Shown here: positions 55,313 to 64,000 of the stretch, piece by piece
Layout: each line of letters starts with the position of its first letter
Numbering within the stretch: position 1 is the first letter of the stretch
NCBI GenBank assembly: GCA_030609135.1
Contig: JAUWCU010000002.1
Coordinates: 4,798-68,797 of the forward strand
Length of the DNA stretch: 64,000 nucleotides
From: Candidatus Stahliibacteriota bacterium
GTDB lineage: Bacteria > Hydrothermota > Tepidihabitantia > SM23-42
Direction of reading: 5' to 3'
Translations under genes and position numbers: made by a program
Notes under the pieces: generated by a model
Told to the model about the DNA's origin: nothing
What the model saw: the letters and a program-made list of their open reading frames with translations, nothing else
Database searches by the model: none

Positions 55313-56776
55313 TTACGCCAGCGGTAGTATTACCTTAAAAGTGGTCCCTCTACGCATTTCACTATGCACCTCGATACTTCCGTCATGTGCCTCAATTATG
55401 TTCTTGGCTATTGCTAAACCAAGACCTATGCCACCTTTTTTTGTTGTAAAGAAAGGCTCGAAGATCTTTTCCATGGCTCGTTTGGAAATGCCTTTGCCGG
55501 TATCCTGTATTTCAACCATACCTTTCTTTTTGTCTATATATGTCCTTATCTTAACAGTCTTACCTTCAGGGGTAGCTTCGCAGGCATTACTAATAATATT
55601 CACCAGACCGGCTTTCAGTTTATTGAGATCACCAAGGATGAAGAAATCATTGTCTTCTCTTTTTATCACTATCTTGTTGGTTTTGGCACGCGGCAACGCA
55701 TCAATGAATGCCTCGTTTATGACTTCACTGATACGCAAACGATTTTTCTTGAACGGCACAAACTGGGCAAAGTTCAAGAAATCAGTAACAATTTCATTCA
55801 ACCTTATTGATTCGTCTAATGCCATATTTGTAAAATGGAGGATATCAGCATCCTTCTGTGAATCCCGGATTACTTCAAGGGATCCTCTTATTGACGATAA
55901 GGGATTCCGGATCTCATGTGCCAAAGAACCACCTAATTCCGCAAGGAGTTGTGTCTGTTTGGAGACGCGTGATTTTTCTTCCAGTTTTCTAATAGCTGTA
56001 ATATCCTGAAGTATACCAAGACCGATTTTTGAACTGTAAATTCTGGCGCACGACAATACAAAATACCGTTTACCAATCTTCAGTTCAATCGACCTTTTTG
56101 CGTGACGTGCCTTAAGAAATTTTGCAATATAGAGGTGAACTCTTGACTGTATTGGACCTTCTGGGATATTGGTATGTATTATCGTGCCGCGCCGGTCGAT
56201 GGTTATGATCCCTGAAGGAAGATTCTTTAATATTTCTTCGGTTGTGAGCCTTAATCTCGCGGCTTCTTCAGTACGGTTTTGGTAGCGCTTTGACCATGCG
56301 CCACTCAGTATCCCGGTAAAGAGAAAGAGTAGTCCAAAGACATAGAATCGATACATGACATATTGCATTGTCGCACTTGTCTCGCGCATTTCATAGAATA
56401 GCAAGCCGAGAAAGAAAATCACCGAAATAACACTAACCGTATAGGCACCAGTTTTATAAAGGTATAAGGATACGACAATAATCAACAATATGTAGAGCAA
56501 TGGGAAGATAGATTCAACCCCGCCTGAGTAGTGAATCATAGAACCAATGAGCGGGATATCGACCAAAAAAATGATGTAAAGGGAAGTTTTTTCTGGTAGC
56601 CAGGTCTGCAAGAGTAGAAAAACCGAAGCTAATATGAAAGATGCAAGGATAATAAACCAAAAAGGTGTTGGGATACTGTGAATTATTGGATATGAGGATA
56701 ACAGAATAAAAGTTATCACCAGTGGGTGAAGAATAATCAGACCAGCTTTTCTACTGAAGAACGTCGAATATACCAC
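55313..56776 (-). CDS. Membrane sensor histidine kinase (PilS-like context)
   Basis: 6-TM N-terminal domain, HisKA H-box LAHEIRNPLSSI, HATPase_c N/G boxes (GGIGLGLAIAK); adjacent to pilC/pilT/pilB. Confidence 0.8.
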   Translation of the reverse strand: MVYSTFFSRKAGLIILHPLVITFILLSSYPIIHSIPTPFWFIILASFILASVFLLLQTWLPEKTSLYIIFLVDIPLIGSMIHYSGGVESIFPLLYILLIIVVSLYLYKTGAYTVSVISVIFFLGLLFYEMRETSATMQYVMYRFYVFGLLFLFTGILSGAWSKRYQNRTEEAARLRLTTEEILKNLPSGIITIDRRGTIIHTNIPEGPIQSRVHLYIAKFLKARHAKRSIELKIGKRYFVLSCARIYSSKIGLGILQDITAIRKLEEKSRVSKQTQLLAELGGSLAHEIRNPLSSIRGSLEVIRDSQKDADILHFTNMALDESIRLNEIVTDFLNFAQFVPFKKNRLRISEVINEAFIDALPRAKTNKIVIKREDNDFFILGDLNKLKAGLVNIISNACEATPEGKTVKIRTYIDKKKGMVEIQDTGKGISKRAMEKIFEPFFTTKKGGIGLGLAIAKNIIEAHDGSIEVHSEMRRGTTFKVILPLA

Positions 56777-56876
56777 TATCTATTCCCAACCTGCACCCAA
56801 ACATATGCAATAGCGTTTGCCTACACAGCTATCCGCACTCAGTAACTCTGTCACAACCTATTGTTTGCTTATAAAG

Positions 56877-58082
56877 TTATTCCGTAATTGTGCCGGCTAA
56901 TTGGAATATGGGCAGGTACATGGAAATAACCAAGAATCCAACAATCCCACCCAAAAAGACCATGATAAGAGGTTCGAGAGCAGCGGTCAGGTTCTCGACT
57001 GCTTGATCTACCTCTTCATCGTAGAAATCAGCGACTTTAGCAAGCATCTCGTCCAAACCTCCCGATGCTTCGCCGATCGCAATCATTTGCGTAACCATCG
57101 GTGGAAAGACCGCAGTTTTGGACAACGGATCAGCGATGTTTTCACCGCCTTTAATCGAGATTCGAGCTTTTAAAATGGCATCCTCGACAACCCAGTTCCC
57201 GGCACTGCGTGCGGTTATTTCCAGAGCATCAATTATGGGTACACCACTGGAAAGCAAAGTTGATAGGGTTCTTGCGAAACGAGCAATTGACTGTTTTCTT
57301 ATTAGATCGCCGAAGACCGGGAACTTAAGGAATATTGGATCCATTGCCTTTGCACCAGAGCTAGTTTTATGCCACCGTCTGAGGATCGTAAATAGGGCAA
57401 TGACGATAATCACTAATGGTATTATCGCAACCTTGAGAAAATCAGACATTTTCATGACCAAGCGTGTCATAGCTGGTAATTCAGCTCCTACGCCAGCATA
57501 CATTTTTGCAAAAATAGGTATCACAAAAAGGAGCATTACCGAAATAGCGCCAACTGCAACGAGCGAAATAATGGCCGGATAAATCATCGCACCCTTTATC
57601 TTCCGTCTCAGCGCCGCGCTCTTTTCCAAATATACAGCCAGACGCATGAGGATGACATCCAAAGCACCGCCGGTTTCACCTGACTCGATCATATTCACAT
57701 ACAGGTTATCAAAGGCCTTTGGTTGTCGACGTAACGCATCAGCAAGTGACAAACCACCTTCAACATCGCCTCTCACTTCAGTCAAGATTTTACGCAGCGC
57801 CAGACTTTCCGTCTGTTTACCGAGAATCTCCAGACACGTTAACAACGGAAGACCAGCGTTGAGCATAGTCGAAAATTGTCTAGTAAAAACAGCCAGTGCA
57901 CGTCCTGTAACCCGGCCCGCAAATAGCGTCAACTTTTTCTTCTCTTCTTTAACCTTTATTGAAGTGGGAATAATTTTCTTCTGGCGCAGCGCAGCTACAA
58001 CGTCGGTTTGAGAACCTGCAGCAATTTCACCAGTAGCTGAGGCCCCTGATGCTGTTCTACCTTTCCAGACAAAAGTTGGCAT
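56877..58082 (-). CDS. pilC: Type IV pilus assembly platform protein PilC (GspF family)
   Basis: Two T2SSF repeats and 3 TM segments; Shine-Dalgarno AAGGAGGTGA. Confidence 0.85.
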   Translation of the reverse strand: MPTFVWKGRTASGASATGEIAAGSQTDVVAALRQKKIIPTSIKVKEEKKKLTLFAGRVTGRALAVFTRQFSTMLNAGLPLLTCLEILGKQTESLALRKILTEVRGDVEGGLSLADALRRQPKAFDNLYVNMIESGETGGALDVILMRLAVYLEKSAALRRKIKGAMIYPAIISLVAVGAISVMLLFVIPIFAKMYAGVGAELPAMTRLVMKMSDFLKVAIIPLVIIVIALFTILRRWHKTSSGAKAMDPIFLKFPVFGDLIRKQSIARFARTLSTLLSSGVPIIDALEITARSAGNWVVEDAILKARISIKGGENIADPLSKTAVFPPMVTQMIAIGEASGGLDEMLAKVADFYDEEVDQAVENLTAALEPLIMVFLGGIVGFLVISMYLPIFQLAGTITE

Positions 58083-58260
58083 TTCACCTCCTTATGTTAT
58101 AAAGGTTACGTTTTGCGGTTTGGGTTTTTAAAAAACGATTCGTTTATCGATAATCGATAGTCGTTATATCGAAACCCTTCCACGAAACCGTTTCGCGTTT
58201 CGCTCAACGCAACCAATAAATTGTTATCAGACCGAATTCTATTAAACCCCATAAGCTATC

Positions 58261-59331
58261 TTAAGCCCTCTGTCCTTGCTCAACCATATGTTCAAATTCT
58301 TCTATGTTAGGCGTATAATCAAAGGCTGTTTCTAATGTAATCGTGCGTTTTGCATACAGATTAAACAAAGAATTGTTCATTGTCTGCATACCATATTTCG
58401 AACCGGCTTGGATCGTTGAATAAATTTGATGTTCTTTTTCATCACGGATAAGAGCACGGATAGCTGGAGTTGCGATCATAACCTCGCACGCAAGAACCCG
58501 CCCACCACCGATTTTCGGAAGTAACTGTTGCGTAATCACACCTTCAACCACAAAAGCAAGTTGTGCTCTTACCTGGCCTTGCTGGTGAGGGGGAAAAACG
58601 TCGATGATACGGTGAATTGACTCAGCGCATGAATTAGTATGCAAAGTGGCTAGGGTAAGGTGACCTGTTTCGGCAATAGTAAGCGTCGTACCGATAGTCT
58701 CCGTATCACGCATCTCACCGATCATAACAACATCAGGGTCTTCACGTAAAACATATTTCAATGCATTACCAAAGGATTTCGTATCGCTACCTACCTGACG
58801 TTGGTTAATTATCGCCTTTTTGTGCCTAAACAGATACTCAATAGGATCCTCGACAGTGACTATGTGACATCGACGTTCATTATTCACCTTATCGATCACT
58901 GCCGCCAAGGTGGTTGATTTTCCGCTACCGGTTGGACCAGTACAGAGTATTAAACCCTTTGGTCTACTGGAAAGTTCCTGAACAACGAGTGGGATCCCCA
59001 GTTCTTTAAACCCCCTGATCTCAAACGGGATGGTTCGTAGAGCTGCAGCAACGCTACCCCGTTGTTGGAAACAATTACCTCGAAAACGCGATAAACCAGC
59101 AATACCAAAGGAGAAGTCCAATTCCCACTCCATCTCGAATTTCTTTTTTTGCTGATCATTTAATACGCTGTATATCAGGTTTTGAATCAATTCCGGGGTC
59201 ATAATCTCATAGTTGGTTGGCACCAAATCACCATCGATTCGATACATCGGCGGCGCACCAGTAGTCAAGTGCAAGTCGGTTGAATTCCTCTGCACCATTT
59301 CTTCTAAAAGTTGTTTCATTGTTACAGGCAT
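58261..59331 (-). CDS. pilT: Twitching-motility retraction ATPase PilT
   Basis: Walker A GPTGSGKSTT, Asp box, His box and an AIRALIRD-type PilT C-terminal motif; 356 aa without the N-terminal GspE_N domain. Confidence 0.88.
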   Translation of the reverse strand: MPVTMKQLLEEMVQRNSTDLHLTTGAPPMYRIDGDLVPTNYEIMTPELIQNLIYSVLNDQQKKKFEMEWELDFSFGIAGLSRFRGNCFQQRGSVAAALRTIPFEIRGFKELGIPLVVQELSSRPKGLILCTGPTGSGKSTTLAAVIDKVNNERRCHIVTVEDPIEYLFRHKKAIINQRQVGSDTKSFGNALKYVLREDPDVVMIGEMRDTETIGTTLTIAETGHLTLATLHTNSCAESIHRIIDVFPPHQQGQVRAQLAFVVEGVITQQLLPKIGGGRVLACEVMIATPAIRALIRDEKEHQIYSTIQAGSKYGMQTMNNSLFNLYAKRTITLETAFDYTPNIEEFEHMVEQGQRA

Positions 59332-59365
59332 AGAGCCTCCTTTAAATTAATCATAGAGCATGTAT

Positions 59366-61087
59366 CTAAAATGCCGTAGTTTCCCTCATTAATTCTTCAA
59401 CAGTCGTAACCCCTTGTTTTATCTTATCCATCCCATCCTCACGCAGCGTTACCATACCTTCTTTGGCAGCTTGTCTTGCAAGCTCGTCTGAAGAAGCACC
59501 TTTCAGTATCATCTGTCTTAGTTCCGGAGATATCGGCATTACTTCATAAAGACCAACTCTGCCTTTATACCCGGTCTGGTTGCAGTGACTGCATCCTTTT
59601 CCCTTAAAGACTATGCCATCTGGAAAAGTACCTTCAGGTATGCCAGCGTCTTCAATGAGCTTTTCGCTTACCTTAATCTTCTCTTTACACTTCGGACAAA
59701 TTCTTCTTACCAGACGCTGTGCTTGAATAAGAACCAGAGCACTCGACACTAGATATCGTTTTATACCGATATCAACTAATCGGTTAACTGTTGTCGGTGC
59801 ATCATTGGTATGAATCGTCGAAAAGACCAAGTGCCCGGTTAGCGCAGCTCTTATGGCGATGTCCGCTGTTTCATTATCACGGATTTCACCAACGAGTATT
59901 ATATTCGGCGACTGACGCAAAAAAGCACGCAATGCACTGGCAAAAGTTAAACCAATCTCTTCATGAACTTGTATTTGATTAATGCCACGCAAATTATACT
60001 CGACCGGATCTTCAACCGTCATTATCTGGCGCTTAGGTTTGTTTAACCGTGCAAGTGTAGAATAAAGAGTGGTTGTTTTACCGCTACCAGTTGGGCCGGT
60101 TACAAGAACTATACCGTAAGGGCTTTCAATCGCCCTCAAAAATTTCTTTAAAGCTTTTGGAGCAAAACCAAGTTTCGAGAGGTCGAGCATCAAAGAACTC
60201 CGATCCAATATTCGCATAACGACTTTTTCGCCGTACAAAGTCGGGATTACGGAAACACGTAAGTCAATCATCTTATCGCCGACCTGAATATTTATACGAC
60301 CGTCCTGACATCGCCTATGTTCAGCGATATTCATCTTCGCCATAAGCTTCAACCTGGTAATAATACCAGCTTTTAGATTTAGGGGCGGCGACTGTTGTTC
60401 TTGAAGCACGCCATCGATTCTAAAACGAACCCTGACCACCTTTTCAAAAGGTTCAATATGAATATCTGAAGCAAGTCTATTTACGGCATCGGCAATATAG
60501 AAATTAACCAACCTTATAACTGGGCCGCCTTCGGCATCAGCTCTCAGTTTATTTTCCTCTACTTCTTCTTGGAATTCAGTTTCGAGAAGTTCCATGTCCT
60601 CAATACCCAGTTCCTTGGCACCACCAGTGGTGGTCTCCGCGGTCACTTCAGCAATACCTTTTTCCATTGTGTAGTAGCGATCCAGTGCTTCCCTGATGCT
60701 CGATTCAGCAGCCAAAACAGGGTTTATTTCCATGGACGTAATGAAACGCAAATCTTCAATCGCACTTATGTCAGTCGGGTCAACCATTGCCACGGTCAGG
60801 TATCTTCCTTTTCGGTCAATAGGCAGCACTTCATAATGGTACACTTTTTCCGCCGGGATCATTTTGAGAACTTCTTTTTCAGGAATAATATAATCGAGGT
60901 CAACAACCTCCATTTTATAAAGGTTGCTCAATTGCGCAAGCAACTTACTTTCCGGGATCATCTCAAGACGGTTCAAAACATTGACCAAACGCTGTCCAGT
61001 TTCGCGCCGCTCCTGCATAGCCTCGCGTAATTGTTCCTCAGTTATTAGACCACTATCTATTAAATATGAAGCAAGTCTTTCTTCCAT
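59366..61087 (-). CDS. pilB: Type IV pilus assembly ATPase PilB / GspE-family (copy 1)
   Basis: N-terminal T2SSE_N domain, Walker A GPTGSGKTTT, and a tetracysteine motif CPKCK...CSHCNQTGY. Confidence 0.85.
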   Translation of the reverse strand: MEERLASYLIDSGLITEEQLREAMQERRETGQRLVNVLNRLEMIPESKLLAQLSNLYKMEVVDLDYIIPEKEVLKMIPAEKVYHYEVLPIDRKGRYLTVAMVDPTDISAIEDLRFITSMEINPVLAAESSIREALDRYYTMEKGIAEVTAETTTGGAKELGIEDMELLETEFQEEVEENKLRADAEGGPVIRLVNFYIADAVNRLASDIHIEPFEKVVRVRFRIDGVLQEQQSPPLNLKAGIITRLKLMAKMNIAEHRRCQDGRINIQVGDKMIDLRVSVIPTLYGEKVVMRILDRSSLMLDLSKLGFAPKALKKFLRAIESPYGIVLVTGPTGSGKTTTLYSTLARLNKPKRQIMTVEDPVEYNLRGINQIQVHEEIGLTFASALRAFLRQSPNIILVGEIRDNETADIAIRAALTGHLVFSTIHTNDAPTTVNRLVDIGIKRYLVSSALVLIQAQRLVRRICPKCKEKIKVSEKLIEDAGIPEGTFPDGIVFKGKGCSHCNQTGYKGRVGLYEVMPISPELRQMILKGASSDELARQAAKEGMVTLREDGMDKIKQGVTTVEELMRETTAF

Positions 61088-62796
61088 TAAACCACCTTTG
61101 TTTCACGGATCACTTCCTCAACCGATGTTAGTCCCTGTTCGAGCTTGCGTATTGCTGAATCATGAAGGGTCTCCATACCTTGTTCGACCGCGGTTTTTTC
61201 AAGTTCTTCACTCGTTGCACCCTTTAGGATCAAATCACGTATCTCGGCAGTAATCATCATGTTTTCAAAAATTCCAATCCTTCCTTTATAGCCGGTGCCC
61301 CGACATTGCTCACAGCCTTCACCACGAACCAATGAATAATCTATCTTTCCAGGTTCAAGTCCAGCATCCATGAGTACTTCGTCTGGATATTTAACTTCTT
61401 GTCGGCATTTGCTACAGACTTTTCTCAACAATCTCTGTGACTCGATTGCCAACACCGTAGATGCAATCAAAAAGGGTTCAACATTCATATTAATCAATCT
61501 GGTTACCGTTGCCCCAGCTGAATTTGTATGGACCGTTGATAAAACAAGGTGTCCAGTCAATGATGCACGGATTGATATTTGAGTAGTTTCCAAATCACGA
61601 ATTTCACCGACCATTATGATGTTCGGGTCCTGTCGAAGATATGAACGCAATGCACGAGCAAAGGTTAAACCAATCTTTTCGTGAACTTGCAGCTGATTAA
61701 TCCCATGCAGCGAGTATTCAATTGGATCTTCAGCCGTAATTATGTTGAGACCAGGATCATTCAGTTCAGTCAATGCAGAATACAAGGTCGTCGTCTTACC
61801 AGAACCAGTTGGACCAGTAACAAGAACGATACCATAAGGTGTTTGAATCGCACTGCGGAAGGTCTTTAGGGTTTTCTCCTCAAAACCTAAAAGATCAAGG
61901 TTCAGCTGTACCGTTGAACGGTCAAGGATACGTAAGGCAATCTTTTCACCAAAAAGCGTCGGTACCGTCGAAACACGAATGTCAATGATCTTGTTGTGAA
62001 TTCTTGCTTTAATTCGACCGTCTTGCGGTAATCTCTTCTCTTCGACTTTCAGTTTTCCCATCACTTTTATAACCGTCGCCAAAGCACGGTTCATCCGCTT
62101 TGGCGGTTTCAACATCTCGTGGAGTATGCCATCAATACGATAGCGTATCCTCATATCATCTTCGTACGGCTCAATATGTACATCCGATACATTCAGGTCA
62201 ACTGCGTCAGTAATGATCTTGCTGACAAGCTTGAGGGCTGGTCCACTATCACGGTCATCCTGAACAGATGATAAATCTTCCTCAGCCGCCTTGACTTCTG
62301 TGCCATCAATAACTTTGACATCTGCATCGCCAGCATCGGCCATTTCTATCTCGTACATAACATCAGATAACATTTTCTGAACATTATAGTGGTCTTGCAC
62401 TACCTTTAGTAAAGCATCTTCGCCAGCAACAACTGCATCTACCTCAAAGCCTGTCGCAAATTGGATATCCTCAATCGCCGCCACATCGCCAGGGTTAATC
62501 ATCGCGACGGTGAGGGTACGTCCGAAGCGTGAAACCGGCACGATAAGATATTTCCCGGCGAGATCACTGGGGACTAACTTTAACAATGATTCATCAATTT
62601 CTATGTTTCTAAGATCAACTGATTTAACACCATAATGTTTTGAAAGTGCTACCAACATCTCTTCTTCTTTTACATAGCCGAGATTTATCAGCGTAGTTCC
62701 AAGTCTAGTCCCGTCTTTCTTCTGGGCTTCTAAAGCTTGAGCAAGCATATCCTCAGAAATTGTACCCTGTTTAACTAATAACTCGCCTAATTTCAT
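61087..62796 (-). CDS. GspE/PilB-family secretion ATPase (copy 2, tandem paralogue)
   Basis: Same architecture (T2SSE_N, GPTGSGKTTT, CSKCRQ...CEQCRGTGY); 1-nt overlap with copy 1. Confidence 0.85.
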   Translation of the reverse strand: MKLGELLVKQGTISEDMLAQALEAQKKDGTRLGTTLINLGYVKEEEMLVALSKHYGVKSVDLRNIEIDESLLKLVPSDLAGKYLIVPVSRFGRTLTVAMINPGDVAAIEDIQFATGFEVDAVVAGEDALLKVVQDHYNVQKMLSDVMYEIEMADAGDADVKVIDGTEVKAAEEDLSSVQDDRDSGPALKLVSKIITDAVDLNVSDVHIEPYEDDMRIRYRIDGILHEMLKPPKRMNRALATVIKVMGKLKVEEKRLPQDGRIKARIHNKIIDIRVSTVPTLFGEKIALRILDRSTVQLNLDLLGFEEKTLKTFRSAIQTPYGIVLVTGPTGSGKTTTLYSALTELNDPGLNIITAEDPIEYSLHGINQLQVHEKIGLTFARALRSYLRQDPNIIMVGEIRDLETTQISIRASLTGHLVLSTVHTNSAGATVTRLINMNVEPFLIASTVLAIESQRLLRKVCSKCRQEVKYPDEVLMDAGLEPGKIDYSLVRGEGCEQCRGTGYKGRIGIFENMMITAEIRDLILKGATSEELEKTAVEQGMETLHDSAIRKLEQGLTSVEEVIRETKVV

Positions 62797-62804
62797 AGTT
62801 TATT

Positions 62805-62905
62805 ATAATATATTGAAATATTTTAACTTGTCAAGGCTTTATTTGCACTATTATTGTTTGAAACACTACTTGCTGGCTTGACACTTTTTCATATATCATT
62901 ATAAT
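62805..62905. promoter_or_regulatory. Divergent leaderless promoter pair (minus: TTGACA 62829-62834 / TATTAT 62805-62810; plus: TTGACA 62878-62883 / TATAAT 62900-62905)
   Basis: Plus strand TTGACActttttcatatatcatTATAATtccccggtATG; minus strand TTGACAagttaaaatatttcaataTATTATaataaactATG. Confidence 0.45.
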
Positions 62906-62913
62906 TCCCCGGT

Positions 62914-63306
62914 ATGAATAAATGTATTGCACTTGTTTTAGTCTCAATTTTTTTACTGATTGCTCAAAAAATTACCCCTCTATCTGGGAAAACACGTCCA
63001 ACTGGATACAATCTAGCACCGGAAATACTTGCGGTATTGCAACATAATCCTGATCCGTGGTTTTCTGAAGACAAGTTCTACCACCTCACAGCATGTGCAG
63101 TAATTCCGTGCTTGACCTTTCATTTATATACCAACTTTGGAAACGGCGATGTAACCAAGGCAAAGGTGTATTCAGTATCAGCGACCGCTCTTGTCGGTAT
63201 TGGCAAAGAAATATGTGATAAAAAGAAAAAGAACCATTTCTCATGGAAAGATTTATTCTGGGATAGCGTTGGTCTGGCAATAGGTTATTTTTTATTTATC
63301 GATTGA
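62914..63306 (+). CDS. Hypothetical membrane/secreted protein
   Basis: 130-aa ORF with an N-terminal hydrophobic segment and the leaderless-type promoter directly upstream. Confidence 0.45.
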   Translation: MNKCIALVLVSIFLLIAQKITPLSGKTRPTGYNLAPEILAVLQHNPDPWFSEDKFYHLTACAVIPCLTFHLYTNFGNGDVTKAKVYSVSATALVGIGKEICDKKKKNHFSWKDLFWDSVGLAIGYFLFID

Positions 63307-63310
63307 TTTC

Positions 63311-64000
63311 TTAAGCCATGGTTTTTGCAGTAATTTCGACAAGCTGCTGCCTTACTTCTGGCATAAAATCAGCACGCACTACCGGGTGCACCGCATTAGT
63401 AAGAAATACAACAATGCTATCCTTAATCGGATCAACAAGACACATAGTACCGGTAAAACCAGAGTGGTAGAAAGACCTGCTTGAAACGAAATTAGGGAAC
63501 GGGTTTATTATCCAACCGAGTCCTCGTTTTTCCTTACCATTCGTTTGAACCCGTGTCATCATCTTCACCGTTTTTTTACTGACTATACCACCTGCTGTAT
63601 ACACACGCACGAGTTTTGCCAATTCCTGAGCAGTCGAGAAAAGTCCCGCATTACCTGATACACCATTGAAACCGTAGAATGAATTCCCGTCATGAACTTC
63701 ACCCTTGAGCACGTAGTTGCGCCATTTTATTGCTTTGGTCCTACCATACTGCGCCGCGGTCTGCTCCTCATATTTATTGCCGAATTCAGTTGCCGCAACA
63801 TTTTTCTTCTTGACCGGACCAAACATTGTTTTGCTCAATCCCAAAGGTTTAAAGATGTATTCTTTACAGAATCTATCAAGGCGCAGATTTGCTACTTTTT
63901 CTACAATCATGCCTAAGAGTATGTACCCAAGGCAAGAATAAAGAACCCCTTTGTTCTTGCTTGCTACACTTGCTAAATACTGCAGTCGCTCTTGTTGAGG
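63311..64000 (-). CDS. Serine hydrolase of the beta-lactamase/PBP4*-like family, N-terminus beyond the window edge
   Basis: The C-terminal two thirds of a class-C-like beta-lactamase fold (YGRTKAIKW.., GLGW, HSGFTGT). The reading frame is open through position 64000 with no stop, and the SxxK motif is still upstream. Confidence 0.7.
   Translation of the reverse strand, partial: PQQERLQYLASVASKNKGVLYSCLGYILLGMIVEKVANLRLDRFCKEYIFKPLGLSKTMFGPVKKKNVAATEFGNKYEEQTAAQYGRTKAIKWRNYVLKGEVHDGNSFYGFNGVSGNAGLFSTAQELAKLVRVYTAGGIVSKKTVKMMTRVQTNGKEKRGLGWIINPFPNFVSSRSFYHSGFTGTMCLVDPIKDSIVVFLTNAVHPVVRADFMPEVRQQLVEITAKTMA

Overview
This 64 kb window is a gene-dense bacterial chromosomal segment of about 40% GC, mostly housekeeping genes. 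Surface-protein features (a T9SS-type C-terminal sorting signal and SBBP beta-propeller repeats) suggest an FCB-superphylum-like lineage, probably a candidate phylum. About 70 CDS and one tRNA-Gly(UCC) are supported.

Identifiable genes in window order:
- dtd (partial), a frameshifted MNT nucleotidyltransferase, an azgA-like purine permease, cca, an M50 protease and an AsmA-like protein.
- mutM, valS, ligA, nadB and a J-domain protein.
- A ybeZ(phoH)-pgpH-ybeY-corC-corC operon, then ispD-dxr-rseP, then queE.
- trkA, then a first leuC/leuD-type pair lying next to a three-gene module read as citryl-CoA synthetase/lyase (split ATP-citrate lyase type). Together these are read as a putative reverse-TCA citrate-cleavage module.
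- A 1368-aa secreted protein with tandem DUF1080-like jelly-roll domains and an SBBP/T9SS surface protein.
- A second leuC/leuD pair with an HICDH/IDH-family dehydrogenase, an alpha-oxoamine synthase next to a GNAT N-acyltransferase, then purB, htrA and truA.
- A sensor kinase followed by pilC, pilT and two tandem pilB/gspE ATPases, and a partial beta-lactamase-family gene at the right edge.

The non-coding DNA is unusual in three ways. A MITE-like hairpin element with about 23-bp terminal inverted repeats occurs in 5 copies, one flush against the leuC start codon. Several other intergenic repeat families are present, including GATACTGCRAG palindromic units directly upstream of mutM and queE, mosaic modules and tandem octamers. 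Many near-consensus TTGACA-16-TATAAT promoters sit only 5-9 nt before the start codon (valS, ligA, nadB, ispD and others), implying widespread leaderless mRNAs and corrected start sites. Other notable points are two homopolymer frameshift sites (the MNT gene and a zinc-ribbon mini-ORF) and a radical-SAM-like B12-domain protein with a non-canonical cysteine motif.
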